IMG/VR virus record: IMGVR_UViG_3300029787_000018
Location: 1 to 64,000 of that record
DNA: 64,000 bases
Source: a virus
Strand: one strand, 5' to 3'
Made by a program: the position numbers and the translations under genes. Shown piece by piece: positions 19,031-29,597 of this stretch. The notes below the pieces were generated by a model. The model worked only from the letters and a program-made list of their open reading frames with translations. It did not search any database and was not told the origin of the DNA. How positions within the stretch are numbered: the first letter of the stretch is position 1; each line of letters begins with the position of its first letter.

Positions 19031-19984
19031 ATGCAGACCATAGACGCTAGTAGAGGTCAGTGGGAGAAGATTTACAATAAGTTGGATTTCCCCCCTATGA
19101 CCTATAATAGCCATTACAAAGGTCCTTGTCCTATTTGTGGTAAACATAACCACTTTAGGATTGACGACCGTTCTAGTGATGGCGATTGGATATGTACTTG
19201 TGGTAGCGGTAAAGGTATAAGCCTTATACAAGAGGTATTGCAATTGGACTTTGCCGATGCATGTAAGGTTGTTGATGAAATAATAGGAAACAACCAGAAC
19301 ATCAATATCAATAGTCCAGGATTCAAGTCCAAGGAAGATTTAGAAAACGAAAAATATTTAGGTTATTCATATCTTCAAAATACCGATGCGGAGAAGTATT
19401 TAAAGAACCGTGGAATACATATATTCCCGAATAACGATTCTTTAAGGTATTCGCACAACTATGAGTACGATCACACCAAAGGTTTGTATTTCCCTAGTAT
19501 GGTAGCTAAAGTCCTATCGCATGCAGGCACTTACTCTTATACTCACATGACCTTTATTTTCAAGGGTGAAAAGATAGGTCTTGATCCAGCTAGGAAAATA
19601 TATTCCATTGGTAGCGGTTCAAAAGGAGCCGCTATACGCTTGTTCAATTACAAAAAAGTCTTGGGCGTTGCAGAAGGTATCGAATCGGCTATGAGCGCAT
19701 CACAGACATACGACATTCCAGTATGGTCAACATTAAATACACAGTTGATGAAAAAGTTCGTGTGTCCTAAAGGTGTAAAACACTTTATCATATTTGCCGA
19801 CAACGACAAGAACCTTTCCGGACAAGCCGCGGCATTTGAATGCGCAAGGCGAAATATGCTCGTTAAAAATGACATAGAATATATCACGATTATTTTTCCT
19901 AAAATGATCGGGTATGATTTTAACGATTGCATTATGCAGAACAATTACGAAATAATTAAACAAAAATTTAGAAAAAATGACTGA
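19031..19984 (+). CDS. DNA primase (P4-alpha-type Zn ribbon + TOPRIM)
   Basis: HYKGPCPICG...FRIDD...WICTCGSG; AEGIESA; FADND; DFND. Confidence 0.85.
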   Translation: MQTIDASRGQWEKIYNKLDFPPMTYNSHYKGPCPICGKHNHFRIDDRSSDGDWICTCGSGKGISLIQEVLQLDFADACKVVDEIIGNNQNININSPGFKSKEDLENEKYLGYSYLQNTDAEKYLKNRGIHIFPNNDSLRYSHNYEYDHTKGLYFPSMVAKVLSHAGTYSYTHMTFIFKGEKIGLDPARKIYSIGSGSKGAAIRLFNYKKVLGVAEGIESAMSASQTYDIPVWSTLNTQLMKKFVCPKGVKHFIIFADNDKNLSGQAAAFECARRNMLVKNDIEYITIIFPKMIGYDFNDCIMQNNYEIIKQKFRKND

Positions 19985-21419
19985 GTTTCAAATTAACGTA
20001 TTAAAGACAAATGGATGGAACCCTAATACTGTGGTTCCAATACCCGACTCTATTGTTAAGAAAGCCCAAACAAAAACAAAATGGCAATCAACAGTAGTGG
20101 AAATAGATGTACCCGCTATCAAGGAGGCTTTCCCTGATTGTACGCACATAGCTCATATGCCTTGGCTTAAAGTCAATGGTCTATGGGTAGACTATGAAAA
20201 GTTTGCAGTAAGCGAACCAGAGCAAGATATGAAGTTTGACGACAGGCTTAACAAAGCCAAGGAAATAGCTGGTAGCGGTGTAGAAGATAAAGCACCGACA
20301 ACAGCGCCTAAAGTTCCTACGGTTCCTTCTGTTTCAAAAGCAGAGGAAGCCAAGCCTAAAGAAGAGGAGAAAAAAGAACCGGCACGTTTCAAAAGATATG
20401 TTGAACGTTTGGATTACCTTAAAGAAAAAGGACTGGTTCACGATACATTGGTAAAAGGTTATGTCAACGAAGCTAAAGACAGATTTGTAGACGCAAACGT
20501 TGTCAAGAATTTCGATGCTCCGGAAGATGTTATTGACCAGGAATTTATAAAGTTCATTGATCAACGTCTTAAAATAGAATTCGAGCATCCCGACAATAAA
20601 AAGATTGAAGACTTCATGGATAGTCCTACAGAAGTTCCAGATGTTACGGAAGGACTTAATAATCTTGAAAAAGTTATTCAGAAATGTGACGACAAAATGA
20701 GCGAAGTTCCTAAAAGCTTAACTCTTGCAGAAGAAGAAAAGATTATCAAGGAACGCGTACAATTTTTAGAAGCTCGTGGTTTTGTTCAGAACAAGCAAAC
20801 ATATGTGTTCCAACATGAAAACTTTAACGACGTTAGCTATATGCGTGCCGTTAAGGATGTTTCTCCAAAAGGTCAAATTGTATGGGATGCATTGGCAGAG
20901 GATATAGCTAAGTCTATAGAAGTAGACAAAGCTAAGTTTCCTGAAGCTGAAACATCAATGGATATGATTAAGCCTTCAACTGAAAAAGAAGAAGATGGTG
21001 AAATAGGTGTCGGCAAAAACGAAGTCGGTCCTGATTCTGCAGAAATGGAATGGGCCAAGAAAACAGAAGAAACAAAAGAAGTGGATAGCGTTTCTACAGA
21101 AGATTTAGAAGCTGCTGCAGAAAAGTTCGACAATCTTGTTGCTGAACAGGATAACGCAGAACCACCATTTGTTGAAAATGAAGATGAAGAAGATGATTTA
21201 ATAGGTGCCGTTGCTGATTACCGAAAAAATCATCCTGAAAAAGATTCTTTAGACCGTCATTTTGAAAAAGAATTGGAATTTACAAACAGATTAGCCAATC
21301 TTTTTACAAATCATTCAGAAGCAATCGTTGCTTTAAGTTCTATTAAGAATAGTTTGAATTCCAATGGTTCTGATAAAGAAAAATTGGAAGTTATTCAAGA
21401 AGTAATCAATAATTTATAA
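19977..21419 (+). CDS. Acidic hypothetical protein with a duplicated domain (ERxxxLxxxGxV)
   Basis: 480 aa; ERLDYLKEKGLV and ERVQFLEARGFV repeats; PKVPTVPSV linker. Confidence 0.7.
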   Translation: MTEFQINVLKTNGWNPNTVVPIPDSIVKKAQTKTKWQSTVVEIDVPAIKEAFPDCTHIAHMPWLKVNGLWVDYEKFAVSEPEQDMKFDDRLNKAKEIAGSGVEDKAPTTAPKVPTVPSVSKAEEAKPKEEEKKEPARFKRYVERLDYLKEKGLVHDTLVKGYVNEAKDRFVDANVVKNFDAPEDVIDQEFIKFIDQRLKIEFEHPDNKKIEDFMDSPTEVPDVTEGLNNLEKVIQKCDDKMSEVPKSLTLAEEEKIIKERVQFLEARGFVQNKQTYVFQHENFNDVSYMRAVKDVSPKGQIVWDALAEDIAKSIEVDKAKFPEAETSMDMIKPSTEKEEDGEIGVGKNEVGPDSAEMEWAKKTEETKEVDSVSTEDLEAAAEKFDNLVAEQDNAEPPFVENEDEEDDLIGAVADYRKNHPEKDSLDRHFEKELEFTNRLANLFTNHSEAIVALSSIKNSLNSNGSDKEKLEVIQEVINNL

Positions 21420-21429
21420 ATCTACAACT

Positions 21430-21855
21430 ATGTCTAAGTCTACCGGTTTATTTAAAAACAGGATTAAAAGGGAACTCGATCAACGGGCTTCCGATAATCC
21501 ATTATTCAAAGAGAAGTACGATAATCCAGAAAAGAATCTGGACGATTGTATTCAGTACATATTCAGTGAAGTAAAAAATAGTGGTTGCAATGGTTTTGAG
21601 GATGAAGAAATATTCTCTATGGCTATTCATTACTATTCAGAAGCAGACATAAAAGCTTCTGGTAAGAAACTTAGTCCTACCGTTGTTATCAACGAAGAGG
21701 TAAAGCTTACTGCAGAAGAAATAGCAACTGCAAAGCAACAAGCTAAGGACAAGGTTATTGCCGAGGAAATGAATCGTATACGCAACGTTGGCAAAGTAAA
21801 TAAAAAGCCTAACGATAAATCAAAGAAACCAGACGAACCTTTAAGCTTGTTTTAA
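21430..21855 (+). CDS. PcfK-like protein (family containing the Cas9 inhibitor AcrIIA9)
   Basis: FK..IK..LDQRA....F...Y..PEKNLDDCIQYI..EVK.SGCNGF.DEEIFSMAIHYY.E. Confidence 0.85.
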   Translation: MSKSTGLFKNRIKRELDQRASDNPLFKEKYDNPEKNLDDCIQYIFSEVKNSGCNGFEDEEIFSMAIHYYSEADIKASGKKLSPTVVINEEVKLTAEEIATAKQQAKDKVIAEEMNRIRNVGKVNKKPNDKSKKPDEPLSLF

Positions 21856-21856
21856 T

Positions 21857-23218
21857 ATGAAAGCTAGAACTAAAAATCAAAAATGTGTTGTCCAACTTAA
21901 CAAAAGAATAAAGCCTCTAGGTGTACGAATTAAAAATTGGGCGAAAGATAGTATTCTTCAAAAAAGAGGTGTCAGATATAAGTCTGGCACCCTTAACTGT
22001 TTTGAATGCGGTCATAGGTGGAAAAGTGAGAGCAATGAAGCTTGGCACGATACTATCATGGAATACATATGTCCATGTTGTAAAAAAGAACTTGCCATTG
22101 AAGCTACCAATAAAAGAACTAAAAATGATAATGCATATTTTACTCATGTTACTACTATTGCCGAATACCAACTTATAAGAACTTTTAAAATAGATGTTAA
22201 ATATAAAGTTGGTAAAAAACCTAATTATGAAATTTATGAATGCTTTAGAGTATTTATAAATGAAAAAGGTCAAGGCGAAGTAGTAGGTTCTCTTAGAGGT
22301 GGTATGTTTTATTCTTACTTAGGTTTTTGGAATGGTCCAATGATATTAAGAGGTAAAAATACTATATATAGCAAATACACTGAACAAGGTACTTTATATC
22401 CTAAGTGGAAGCTTCAAGACTTTGTTATTAAAAGAGGTTTTTATTATTCTAAGTATCAAGAATCGGAATATATAGTCAGTCATGTTCTTATTGAATTGCT
22501 GAAAAACCATAAAGCTGAAACAATCTGGAAAGACGATAGGGTAATGTTATTCGACTATTGCATTTATGCAAAAAATAAAATAGAAAAGTACTGGCCAACG
22601 ATTAAAATATGTATTCGTAAAGGTTATGATATGCCTAGTATATCTTCTTATTTCGATATGCTGAACGCTCTGGAATATTTTGGAAAGGATTTACGTAACC
22701 CAAGATTTGTATGTCCGGATAACTTTTTTGAAGCGCATGATTATTGGATCAATAAAAAAGCTAAACGTGAAAAGATTTTAGAAGATAAGCTAAAACATGA
22801 AGAACGTATAGCCAAACTGAAAGCCAATAAAAAAGCTGGTAAGATTTACAACAAAAGAATGGAAGTATATAAAGACCTTTCTTTTGTTACTGATGATATT
22901 AAGATAGTACCATTGCTAAAAATTGCTGATGTGGCACTTGCAGGTGATCTTATGCATCACTGTATCTATAAAACCGATAGCTATTGGAAGGAAAAAGACA
23001 ATGTTCTATTTGGTACTTTTAAAGATAAAAAGCTTATAGAAACCACTCAGTTTTCATTAAAGGAAGGTAGATGCAAACATTCCTATGGTGTTAACAATAA
23101 AGAATCAAAACACCATAAAGAAATCGTAGGTATACTTAATAATGCCAAGGATACTATCAAGCGCTTATCAAGACCTAAAAGAAAGCCCAAGCCTAAAAAA
23201 GAATTGGTAGCGGCATAA
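21857..23218 (+). CDS. PcfJ-like protein
   Basis: N-terminal CxxC/CPCC Zn sites; YFDML..L..FGKDLRNP..VCP.NF..AHD; GD.MHHC. Confidence 0.85.
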   Translation: MKARTKNQKCVVQLNKRIKPLGVRIKNWAKDSILQKRGVRYKSGTLNCFECGHRWKSESNEAWHDTIMEYICPCCKKELAIEATNKRTKNDNAYFTHVTTIAEYQLIRTFKIDVKYKVGKKPNYEIYECFRVFINEKGQGEVVGSLRGGMFYSYLGFWNGPMILRGKNTIYSKYTEQGTLYPKWKLQDFVIKRGFYYSKYQESEYIVSHVLIELLKNHKAETIWKDDRVMLFDYCIYAKNKIEKYWPTIKICIRKGYDMPSISSYFDMLNALEYFGKDLRNPRFVCPDNFFEAHDYWINKKAKREKILEDKLKHEERIAKLKANKKAGKIYNKRMEVYKDLSFVTDDIKIVPLLKIADVALAGDLMHHCIYKTDSYWKEKDNVLFGTFKDKKLIETTQFSLKEGRCKHSYGVNNKESKHHKEIVGILNNAKDTIKRLSRPKRKPKPKKELVAA

Positions 23219-23276
23219 ATAAACCTTGTTTAGTTCTATATAATTATATAGTTTAGCAGTCTTAAACATATAGATT

Positions 23277-23615
23277 ATGGCTGAAGCTAGAATAGACGTT
23301 GCGCGACGTATCAATGAAAAACTTGGCATTCGCGATTTGGAAATGGTAGAAATGGTTATACAAGAATTAGGACCTGTTATTACAGACATCCTAATGGAAG
23401 GCGGCGAAGTACATATTCGTAGTCTTGGGCGTTTCTTCGCTAAATATAAGGAGAATATGCGTGATCCCAGAAACCCAGATCCAACAGTAAAACTACCCCC
23501 GATGTTCCTTGCTAAATTCGTAATGGCAAACACCATTAAGAACAAGGTTAAAACAAAAAAAGCAGATTACTTCATCAACGAAAAGAAAAAAGAAGATGAG
23601 ATCAAGGACTCTTGA
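23277..23615 (+). CDS. HU/IHF-family DNA-binding protein
   Basis: L.EGGEVHIRSLGRF...RDPRNP...VKLP...KF. Confidence 0.8.
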   Translation: MAEARIDVARRINEKLGIRDLEMVEMVIQELGPVITDILMEGGEVHIRSLGRFFAKYKENMRDPRNPDPTVKLPPMFLAKFVMANTIKNKVKTKKADYFINEKKKEDEIKDS

Positions 23616-23832
23616 ACTCATTGATTTTTTTGAACATAATTTTTCGTTTGACGAACAACAGTTGTCTGTTATTAAACAAATTTCTTTAGAAACAGGTATT
23701 GACGAAAATATAGTCAAACAGGTTCTAACACACTTATTGAAAGTAGCATACAAAGAGTTGTTGCTTTCATATGAAGACGAAGTTACTATTCGTTTTCCAA
23801 CATTTAATTTATCTAATATTAAAATCGATTAA
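23596..23832 (+). CDS. Small HU-like hypothetical protein
   Basis: VIKQISLETGIDENIVKQVL...VTIRFPTF. Confidence 0.45.
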   Translation: MRSRTLELIDFFEHNFSFDEQQLSVIKQISLETGIDENIVKQVLTHLLKVAYKELLLSYEDEVTIRFPTFNLSNIKID

Positions 23833-23833
23833 A

Positions 23834-24874
23834 ATGCAAAATTCAAACAATCCTCAGAACCCAGCAACTACCAACCTAGTAATGACAGCTCCGGAGTCTA
23901 CTTCTGATTTTGAAAGAAAAGACAAAACGGATATTGTGAAAATACAACCTGGCAACCATTTGGGTAGACTTTATGGTATCGTTGACTTAGGTACACAACA
24001 TAATATTAAATTTAGTAAAGACAACCATAGAATAGCTTTGTTGTTCGAGTTTCCACATTTGATGCAAGATTTTTACAAGCGTAAAGAAGGAGAACAAGCA
24101 GAACTTAGACCTACGATGATCAAAATGGAAGAAACATTTTCCATGCATCCAAAATCTAATTTCAGAAAGCTTATCGAATCCGCTGTTGGTAGAAAGCTTA
24201 ACGACGATGAAGCCAAGAGCTTTAATGTTTTTGAGCTATTAGGAAAATGGTTCTTATGTAACGTTATGCATGACCCAGATAAAAACAACCCTCAAAACGT
24301 ATACGAGCGTATCAACTTTTTACAGCCGTATGATGCACGTTTTATGGTTGAAGGTGTAAACTATAATGGTCATAACGATCTTATGGCTTACCATTTAGGA
24401 ACACACAAGTTTGCCGGCCCTAACTGGCAAGGACTTTGGACTAAGTTCAGAACACAGATACAAGGTTCAAGAGAAGGTCAGGAATGGGCTGCAAAAGGTG
24501 GTACTTTTGAGGAAGTCAAATATAATAATAACGACGACGGACAAGGTTCCGCTCAACAGAACAACACTTACGCTGGACCACAAGGTGCACCGCAAGGAAA
24601 CCCAATGCAAGGTCAACCTATGCAACAAGCTCCACAAGGAGCACCACAACAAGCGCCTAACAACGCTATGCAACAACCGCAGTCTCAACCCGCACAACCT
24701 ATGCAACAAGCACCGGCTACAACGCCACCTGCTGCAGCACCTCAACAAGCACCGCAAAAGAAGTTTGTAATTAAGCAAGCACCTTTTGATATGGCGTCTT
24801 GGACTAAGGAGGGATGGACGGAAGCTATGATGATCGAGCATGGATATGCAGAATACGTAGAAGGAGCTCTGTAA
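23834..24874 (+). CDS. SSB-like/replication protein (NGO0469-type) with Q/P-rich linker
   Basis: PG.HLGRLYGIVDLGTQ, TFSMHPKSNFRK, FELLGK; C-terminal GWTE..MIEHGY; start moved to ATG 23834. Confidence 0.65.
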   Translation: MQNSNNPQNPATTNLVMTAPESTSDFERKDKTDIVKIQPGNHLGRLYGIVDLGTQHNIKFSKDNHRIALLFEFPHLMQDFYKRKEGEQAELRPTMIKMEETFSMHPKSNFRKLIESAVGRKLNDDEAKSFNVFELLGKWFLCNVMHDPDKNNPQNVYERINFLQPYDARFMVEGVNYNGHNDLMAYHLGTHKFAGPNWQGLWTKFRTQIQGSREGQEWAAKGGTFEEVKYNNNDDGQGSAQQNNTYAGPQGAPQGNPMQGQPMQQAPQGAPQQAPNNAMQQPQSQPAQPMQQAPATTPPAAAPQQAPQKKFVIKQAPFDMASWTKEGWTEAMMIEHGYAEYVEGAL

Positions 24875-25315
24875 ATGGATTTTAAAGCAAAGTTCAACAA
24901 AGACGGAAGCTTACAGTTCGCTACAAAAAGCATGGAAAGAATATGGAATCGGTTAAGGAACTTTCATAGTTCTACCGATTCCTATTTCTCTTTTACCATT
25001 GATACTGATAACTCCAAAAATATTACGGAGAAACAGATTAAGCTTTTTAAAAGACTTTGTGTAATGGTTTCCAAAGATTCGGGAAGTTCTTACCACGAAG
25101 TAGAAACAGAACTATTAAAGCTTACGCCTTGTACTACAAAAGAATCGTTGTTCGGAAATATCAAAGAACGGCATCTTAGATTAGAAGAATTAAATAGTGA
25201 ACAGTTTCAGGAATTTTTATCGGAAGCACTAATATTTTGCAATGACATAATGAATAGCAAAATTGTAATGAAGTCCGATAAAAACTTTGGAACTATACTA
25301 ACAATAGAATTATGA
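24875..25315 (+). CDS. NinB/Orf-like recombination accessory protein
   Basis: TEKQ..LF......SKDSG.SYHEV...L...LEELNSEQFQEFL pattern. Confidence 0.5.
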   Translation: MDFKAKFNKDGSLQFATKSMERIWNRLRNFHSSTDSYFSFTIDTDNSKNITEKQIKLFKRLCVMVSKDSGSSYHEVETELLKLTPCTTKESLFGNIKERHLRLEELNSEQFQEFLSEALIFCNDIMNSKIVMKSDKNFGTILTIEL

Positions 25316-25459
25316 ACGTATGGCCGTTTTTTATTGCAGTAGGTAGATTGGGAGTTATATGGATAGCTGATTATCATAAGAGGAAAATATTTCTTACGAT
25401 AGTAACTATGGCATTTATGATGTACCATTTCCACATAGAAATGGATAAACTCAAAAAGT

Positions 25460-26824
25460 ATGAGCGAATCGAAAATTAAATTGAATGAAGGACAGCTTGA
25501 AGGCGCTCATAAAATACATAAATTTATGAGAAGCCCCGAGCGAATATTTATTCTCTCTGGACGTGCGGGAACAGGTAAGACAACTCTGTTAGGTCACGTA
25601 TTCAAATCAGAAATCAAGTCCGACGAAGAAAAAATAAATTTTGTAAAGGACGATAATAAAAAGACTTATTCCATTGTAGGGATTGCGATGGCACATAAAG
25701 CCAAGAACAATCTTAGGGAGAAAGGTGGTATTCCATACGTGAATACATTTGCATCCGCTTATGGCCATAAAGAAGTTTACAATAACCGTACAGGTGAAAA
25801 GGACTTTGTACCGGACAGGGATAAAATAAAGTTCGCTGATTGTAAAAAAGCTTTCAAAGTATTCATTATAGATGAAGTATCGATGTTTAACAGAAAAATG
25901 CTTCAATTGGTTCTTAAAGAAACCAATATGTACGCTAAGATTATTTTTCTAGGAGACAGAGGACAATTGCCCCAGATACTAGAAAAGAACGAAGTGGATA
26001 GAGGTCAGGACAGTCCTGTATGGGATTTGGAACTACCGGATTACTGTAGACATGAACTAACCCAAAGGGTAAGACAGACGGAAGGTAATCCTATCGTTGA
26101 AATGAGCGACGTTATCTATGAGGAAATATTCAAGGAACGACCCGACGTAAACAGAGTTGTTCAATATTTGAAACACGATAGGCTGTTATCTAATGGTCAA
26201 GGAATATTGAATATGCATGAGAACGATGCTTATTTTATGTTCAAGAACAATAGCGAAGATTATTTAGATACTAAGATTATAGCATATACCAATAAAACGG
26301 TAAATAAGTTCAATACCGAAATGCGTAATTATATTCATGGTAATCCAGAGGAACAGTTTATTCAAAACGAGATAATCTACATGAACAATAGCTATTATGG
26401 TGAAGATACCTACGGTAATAGATTTGCTTTCTATAACAGTTCGGAATACCTTATCAGAAATATAGATTATGGTGAAATAGAAGGTATTCAGGTTATTTAC
26501 TCGGAGCTTGAAGATTCAAAATGGATGCCTATTGTAAAAGGTGGTAAAGGTCATTGGAACCATAACATCTATGAAGATAGGTTGCTAGAAATGAAGAACA
26601 ACAAAAAGTGGAAGGACTTTTGGGCTTTTGTAGCCTTGTTCGGTGATTTCAGTTATGGATATACGCTTACCGCTTATAAGTCGCAAGGTTCAACATACAG
26701 AAACATATATATCTGTTTAGCGGACATAATGGGGCTTACAAGACTTAGTGATAAGCGAAAGCTTCAAACGCTTTATACAGCCGTTACTAGGTCTTCTCAC
26801 AATGTAAACATCTTAAACAGTTAA
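25460..26824 (+). CDS. Dda/RecD-like SF1B DNA helicase
   Basis: GRAGTGKTT, IIDEVSM, GDRGQLP, VRQ, YTLTAYKSQGSTY, LYTAVTRS. Confidence 0.9.
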   Translation: MSESKIKLNEGQLEGAHKIHKFMRSPERIFILSGRAGTGKTTLLGHVFKSEIKSDEEKINFVKDDNKKTYSIVGIAMAHKAKNNLREKGGIPYVNTFASAYGHKEVYNNRTGEKDFVPDRDKIKFADCKKAFKVFIIDEVSMFNRKMLQLVLKETNMYAKIIFLGDRGQLPQILEKNEVDRGQDSPVWDLELPDYCRHELTQRVRQTEGNPIVEMSDVIYEEIFKERPDVNRVVQYLKHDRLLSNGQGILNMHENDAYFMFKNNSEDYLDTKIIAYTNKTVNKFNTEMRNYIHGNPEEQFIQNEIIYMNNSYYGEDTYGNRFAFYNSSEYLIRNIDYGEIEGIQVIYSELEDSKWMPIVKGGKGHWNHNIYEDRLLEMKNNKKWKDFWAFVALFGDFSYGYTLTAYKSQGSTYRNIYICLADIMGLTRLSDKRKLQTLYTAVTRSSHNVNILNS

Positions 26825-26825
26825 T

Positions 26826-27032
26826 ATGAAAAGAAAGACTAGTAATGATTTTAAAATAAATTTTAAAGACGGTTCGGATTACTTTTCAAGTGGTTCTTCT
26901 TCTGGTCCAAAAATTAATATTGCACAAGATTTTAAATTTATCAGTATAATGATATTATCCGCTATCAATGATTGTGGTCAGTCTATAGACAATGTTGATT
27001 CTATAGAGGTTAATCTTAAAATAGAAAAGTAA
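26826..27032 (+). CDS. Hypothetical protein
   Basis: 68-aa ORF coupled on both sides. Confidence 0.5.
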   Translation: MKRKTSNDFKINFKDGSDYFSSGSSSGPKINIAQDFKFISIMILSAINDCGQSIDNVDSIEVNLKIEK

Positions 27033-27880
27033 TGGAACAGAAGCTAGTAATGACAGCTCCGAATACACCTACGACGAACATAAAGTCTACGTTTAAAAGG
27101 GTTGGGCTTATAGATGCTGATTTTATAAAGTATCTTGTCTGTAGCGATATATCCAATTACATAAAACGTAACGGGCACCATCCTAATGAAAAGTATGGTG
27201 TCAGTTATTTGGATGTTTTTGTTAACGACCAAATGAAAAAGCAATTTCACGATAGATTCGATTCTAAAGGAAACATATATTTTTTTAGTGGTAGTTCATC
27301 CGAAACCTTTAGAGCCAAGTTAGCTATTACCAAAGAGTACAAAGGCAATAGAGGTTTATCGGAACCGGACTACGACGGGTTCTATAGTGACCTTGCTAGT
27401 GTGATCAGTATAATTTCTAAAGAACATACTGTTTACATACACCCTAACTACGAAGCGGACGACCTTGTATCTATACTGCAGAACGAAAATACTTTTATCT
27501 ACAGTAGGGATAAAGATTTAAAACAAGTGCCAGGACACCATTACAACATTTCAAAGAACAGTCTTGAATACATTGAAGAAAAAGATGCACATTATAGTTT
27601 ATGGATGCAATTGCTTCAAGGAGATTCCACGGACAATATCGTTGGTGTTGAGAATGTAGGCGAAAAAACCGCCAAAAAACTATTGGAACAAATATCCACT
27701 AACAACCTTCATAAAAAAGTCATTGAAGTCTATACTAACAAATATGGTATTATAGAGGGGCTTGATAGGTTTGCAGAAACATGGATGCTTGTTAAAATGA
27801 GAATAAGTAGAGGTGGTTACGAAGCTGATAAGCTGAAAGCCGCATTTTATTTAAGAGATACATTAATTAATTCAAAATAG
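27032..27880 (+). CDS. 5'-3' exonuclease/RNase H (T7 gp6-like)
   Basis: LIDADF, YKGNR, EADD, DKDL.QVPG, GDSTDNI.G...VGEKTA. Confidence 0.9.
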   Translation: MEQKLVMTAPNTPTTNIKSTFKRVGLIDADFIKYLVCSDISNYIKRNGHHPNEKYGVSYLDVFVNDQMKKQFHDRFDSKGNIYFFSGSSSETFRAKLAITKEYKGNRGLSEPDYDGFYSDLASVISIISKEHTVYIHPNYEADDLVSILQNENTFIYSRDKDLKQVPGHHYNISKNSLEYIEEKDAHYSLWMQLLQGDSTDNIVGVENVGEKTAKKLLEQISTNNLHKKVIEVYTNKYGIIEGLDRFAETWMLVKMRISRGGYEADKLKAAFYLRDTLINSK

Positions 27881-27887
27881 ATTAGAT

Positions 27888-28952
27888 ATGTCAGACAAAA
27901 AAGAAGAGATTATCAATAAGACAATGAACTTATCGGTAATGGACAAAGAAGCGAACGAAGCGCTGGAACTGCTTACAAGTAAACTTACCGTTAAGGAAAT
28001 GGATACTTTAAAGCCAATTGTAGCCGCTACGAACGATTTACAAAAAGTTATGGAAATCAAGTACGTTGAAGGCGATGCTGATTCCATACAAGCCTACAAG
28101 GATGGAAAGCGCACATATGGTTCTTTCAATTCTAGTTTAGCGGAAGCCAAAAGAGATTTAAAGGCACCTTATACGGAAATGACCAAAGCTATTGATACCA
28201 TTTTTAAAAAGTTCTCCGAGCTCTATAAAATGACCAAGGATCAATTAGCGGAAGAGTTTAAGCCTTATACGGACGAACAACAGCGTTTGAAAGAAGAAAG
28301 ATTGGCTAAGAAGAACGCTGCCAGAGAAGCTGAAATGAAAAAGCTTCAGGACGATAATGCCGAAATGGTTCAAAAAAACGAGAACATAAGAATCTTCAAC
28401 GCTATTCATTATGAGGTTATCCTTGGTTTAAAGAACAGCGCTATAGAGAATCTGAATTCTTTAAATTCAAGTGCTATCGAAAAAAAGATAGAGAGCGTTC
28501 AGAACATGGCTTTAGCTACGGCTATCTATGAAAGTGATGTAAAAGTTGTTCCTTCTGAATTCAATGTACTTTCCGATAATCAAAAATCGGAGCTTACAGA
28601 GACTTTTACGAAAACGAAGTCCTCTATTGTGGAATCTTATAGAAGCCGCTTAAATGAGGTAGTACAATTGGAACAGGCTAAGCTTAGGCAACAACAAAAG
28701 CAAGAAGAAGTTGTTCCACCTGTTGTTCCTACCGTAGAGCAAAAAGAAACTGTTCCTGCTCCACCAGATGAATTTGATATAAATTCGTTTATTGCCGTAA
28801 AGACAAGTGAGCTTGAAGGAATTAAAAATGAATGTGATTTCTTTTACGAAGTGAACAAAGAACATCAAGACGCTCCGTTAGCAAAAAACATAGCTGTTAT
28901 GCTTTCAAAAGCATTAGAGTATGTTTACAAAGTACAATCTCAAAAACAATAA
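27888..28952 (+). CDS. Coiled-coil phage protein (DUF1351-like)
   Basis: AEAKRDLKAPY....KAID pattern; long heptad regions. Confidence 0.6.
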   Translation: MSDKKEEIINKTMNLSVMDKEANEALELLTSKLTVKEMDTLKPIVAATNDLQKVMEIKYVEGDADSIQAYKDGKRTYGSFNSSLAEAKRDLKAPYTEMTKAIDTIFKKFSELYKMTKDQLAEEFKPYTDEQQRLKEERLAKKNAAREAEMKKLQDDNAEMVQKNENIRIFNAIHYEVILGLKNSAIENLNSLNSSAIEKKIESVQNMALATAIYESDVKVVPSEFNVLSDNQKSELTETFTKTKSSIVESYRSRLNEVVQLEQAKLRQQQKQEEVVPPVVPTVEQKETVPAPPDEFDINSFIAVKTSELEGIKNECDFFYEVNKEHQDAPLAKNIAVMLSKALEYVYKVQSQKQ

Positions 28953-28955
28953 TAT

Positions 28956-29597
28956 ATGCTATCATTAAAATTTCCACCTTTGGAAAAACTATTGGACAAA
29001 AACACCGGTGAACTTGAAGAGTTTGACCCAAAAAGAGGAATTTGCATTTTTAACGGTAATGCCGTTGTTGTAAACGAACAGTCGGTTCTGTTCTTTGACC
29101 TTGAAAGCTATTTTGTCAATACCAATAATTATGTAGACGATCAATCTTTAAACAACTTAAAGAGTATACTTGATTTTATGGAAGGCAAAATGTTCTCCGC
29201 TATTTTCTGGAAAGAACTTACAAGCTTGAACATCGTTAGTGTATCTAGCGAGGGGCTTATGCTTAACGGTTCTATTGAGAAGAATGTTTTCTATAAGGAA
29301 AAGACATTCGACGAAACGGAGATAAAGCTATTGGCTAAAGGGTTGTCCGATAAAGAGGATTACAAAAAAGCCATTAACGCTATGTACATGGAACCGTTGT
29401 ATAATATATTCACGGCATTGAAACCGATGATAAAAATGGATTCTATAATCTTGCGTACCATAGGCGAGAACACGCAAATACAGTTTACGTTCAACGATAA
29501 CCATTGGATAACAGGATTCATTGTTAACGATGGTGCCACGGCAAGTAAGAACTTTTTGTTCGACCCATTAAATGAATATTTAAAAGATATTCTATAA
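28956..29597 (+). CDS. Hypothetical protein (possible sliding-clamp-like fold)
   Basis: 213-aa alpha/beta ORF in the replication module; fold suggestion is weak. Confidence 0.55.
   Translation: MLSLKFPPLEKLLDKNTGELEEFDPKRGICIFNGNAVVVNEQSVLFFDLESYFVNTNNYVDDQSLNNLKSILDFMEGKMFSAIFWKELTSLNIVSVSSEGLMLNGSIEKNVFYKEKTFDETEIKLLAKGLSDKEDYKKAINAMYMEPLYNIFTALKPMIKMDSIILRTIGENTQIQFTFNDNHWITGFIVNDGATASKNFLFDPLNEYLKDIL

Noticed and set aside
24540-24770. Tandem DNA repeat element
   Set aside because: It is degenerate coding for the Q/P/A linker of the SSB-like protein.
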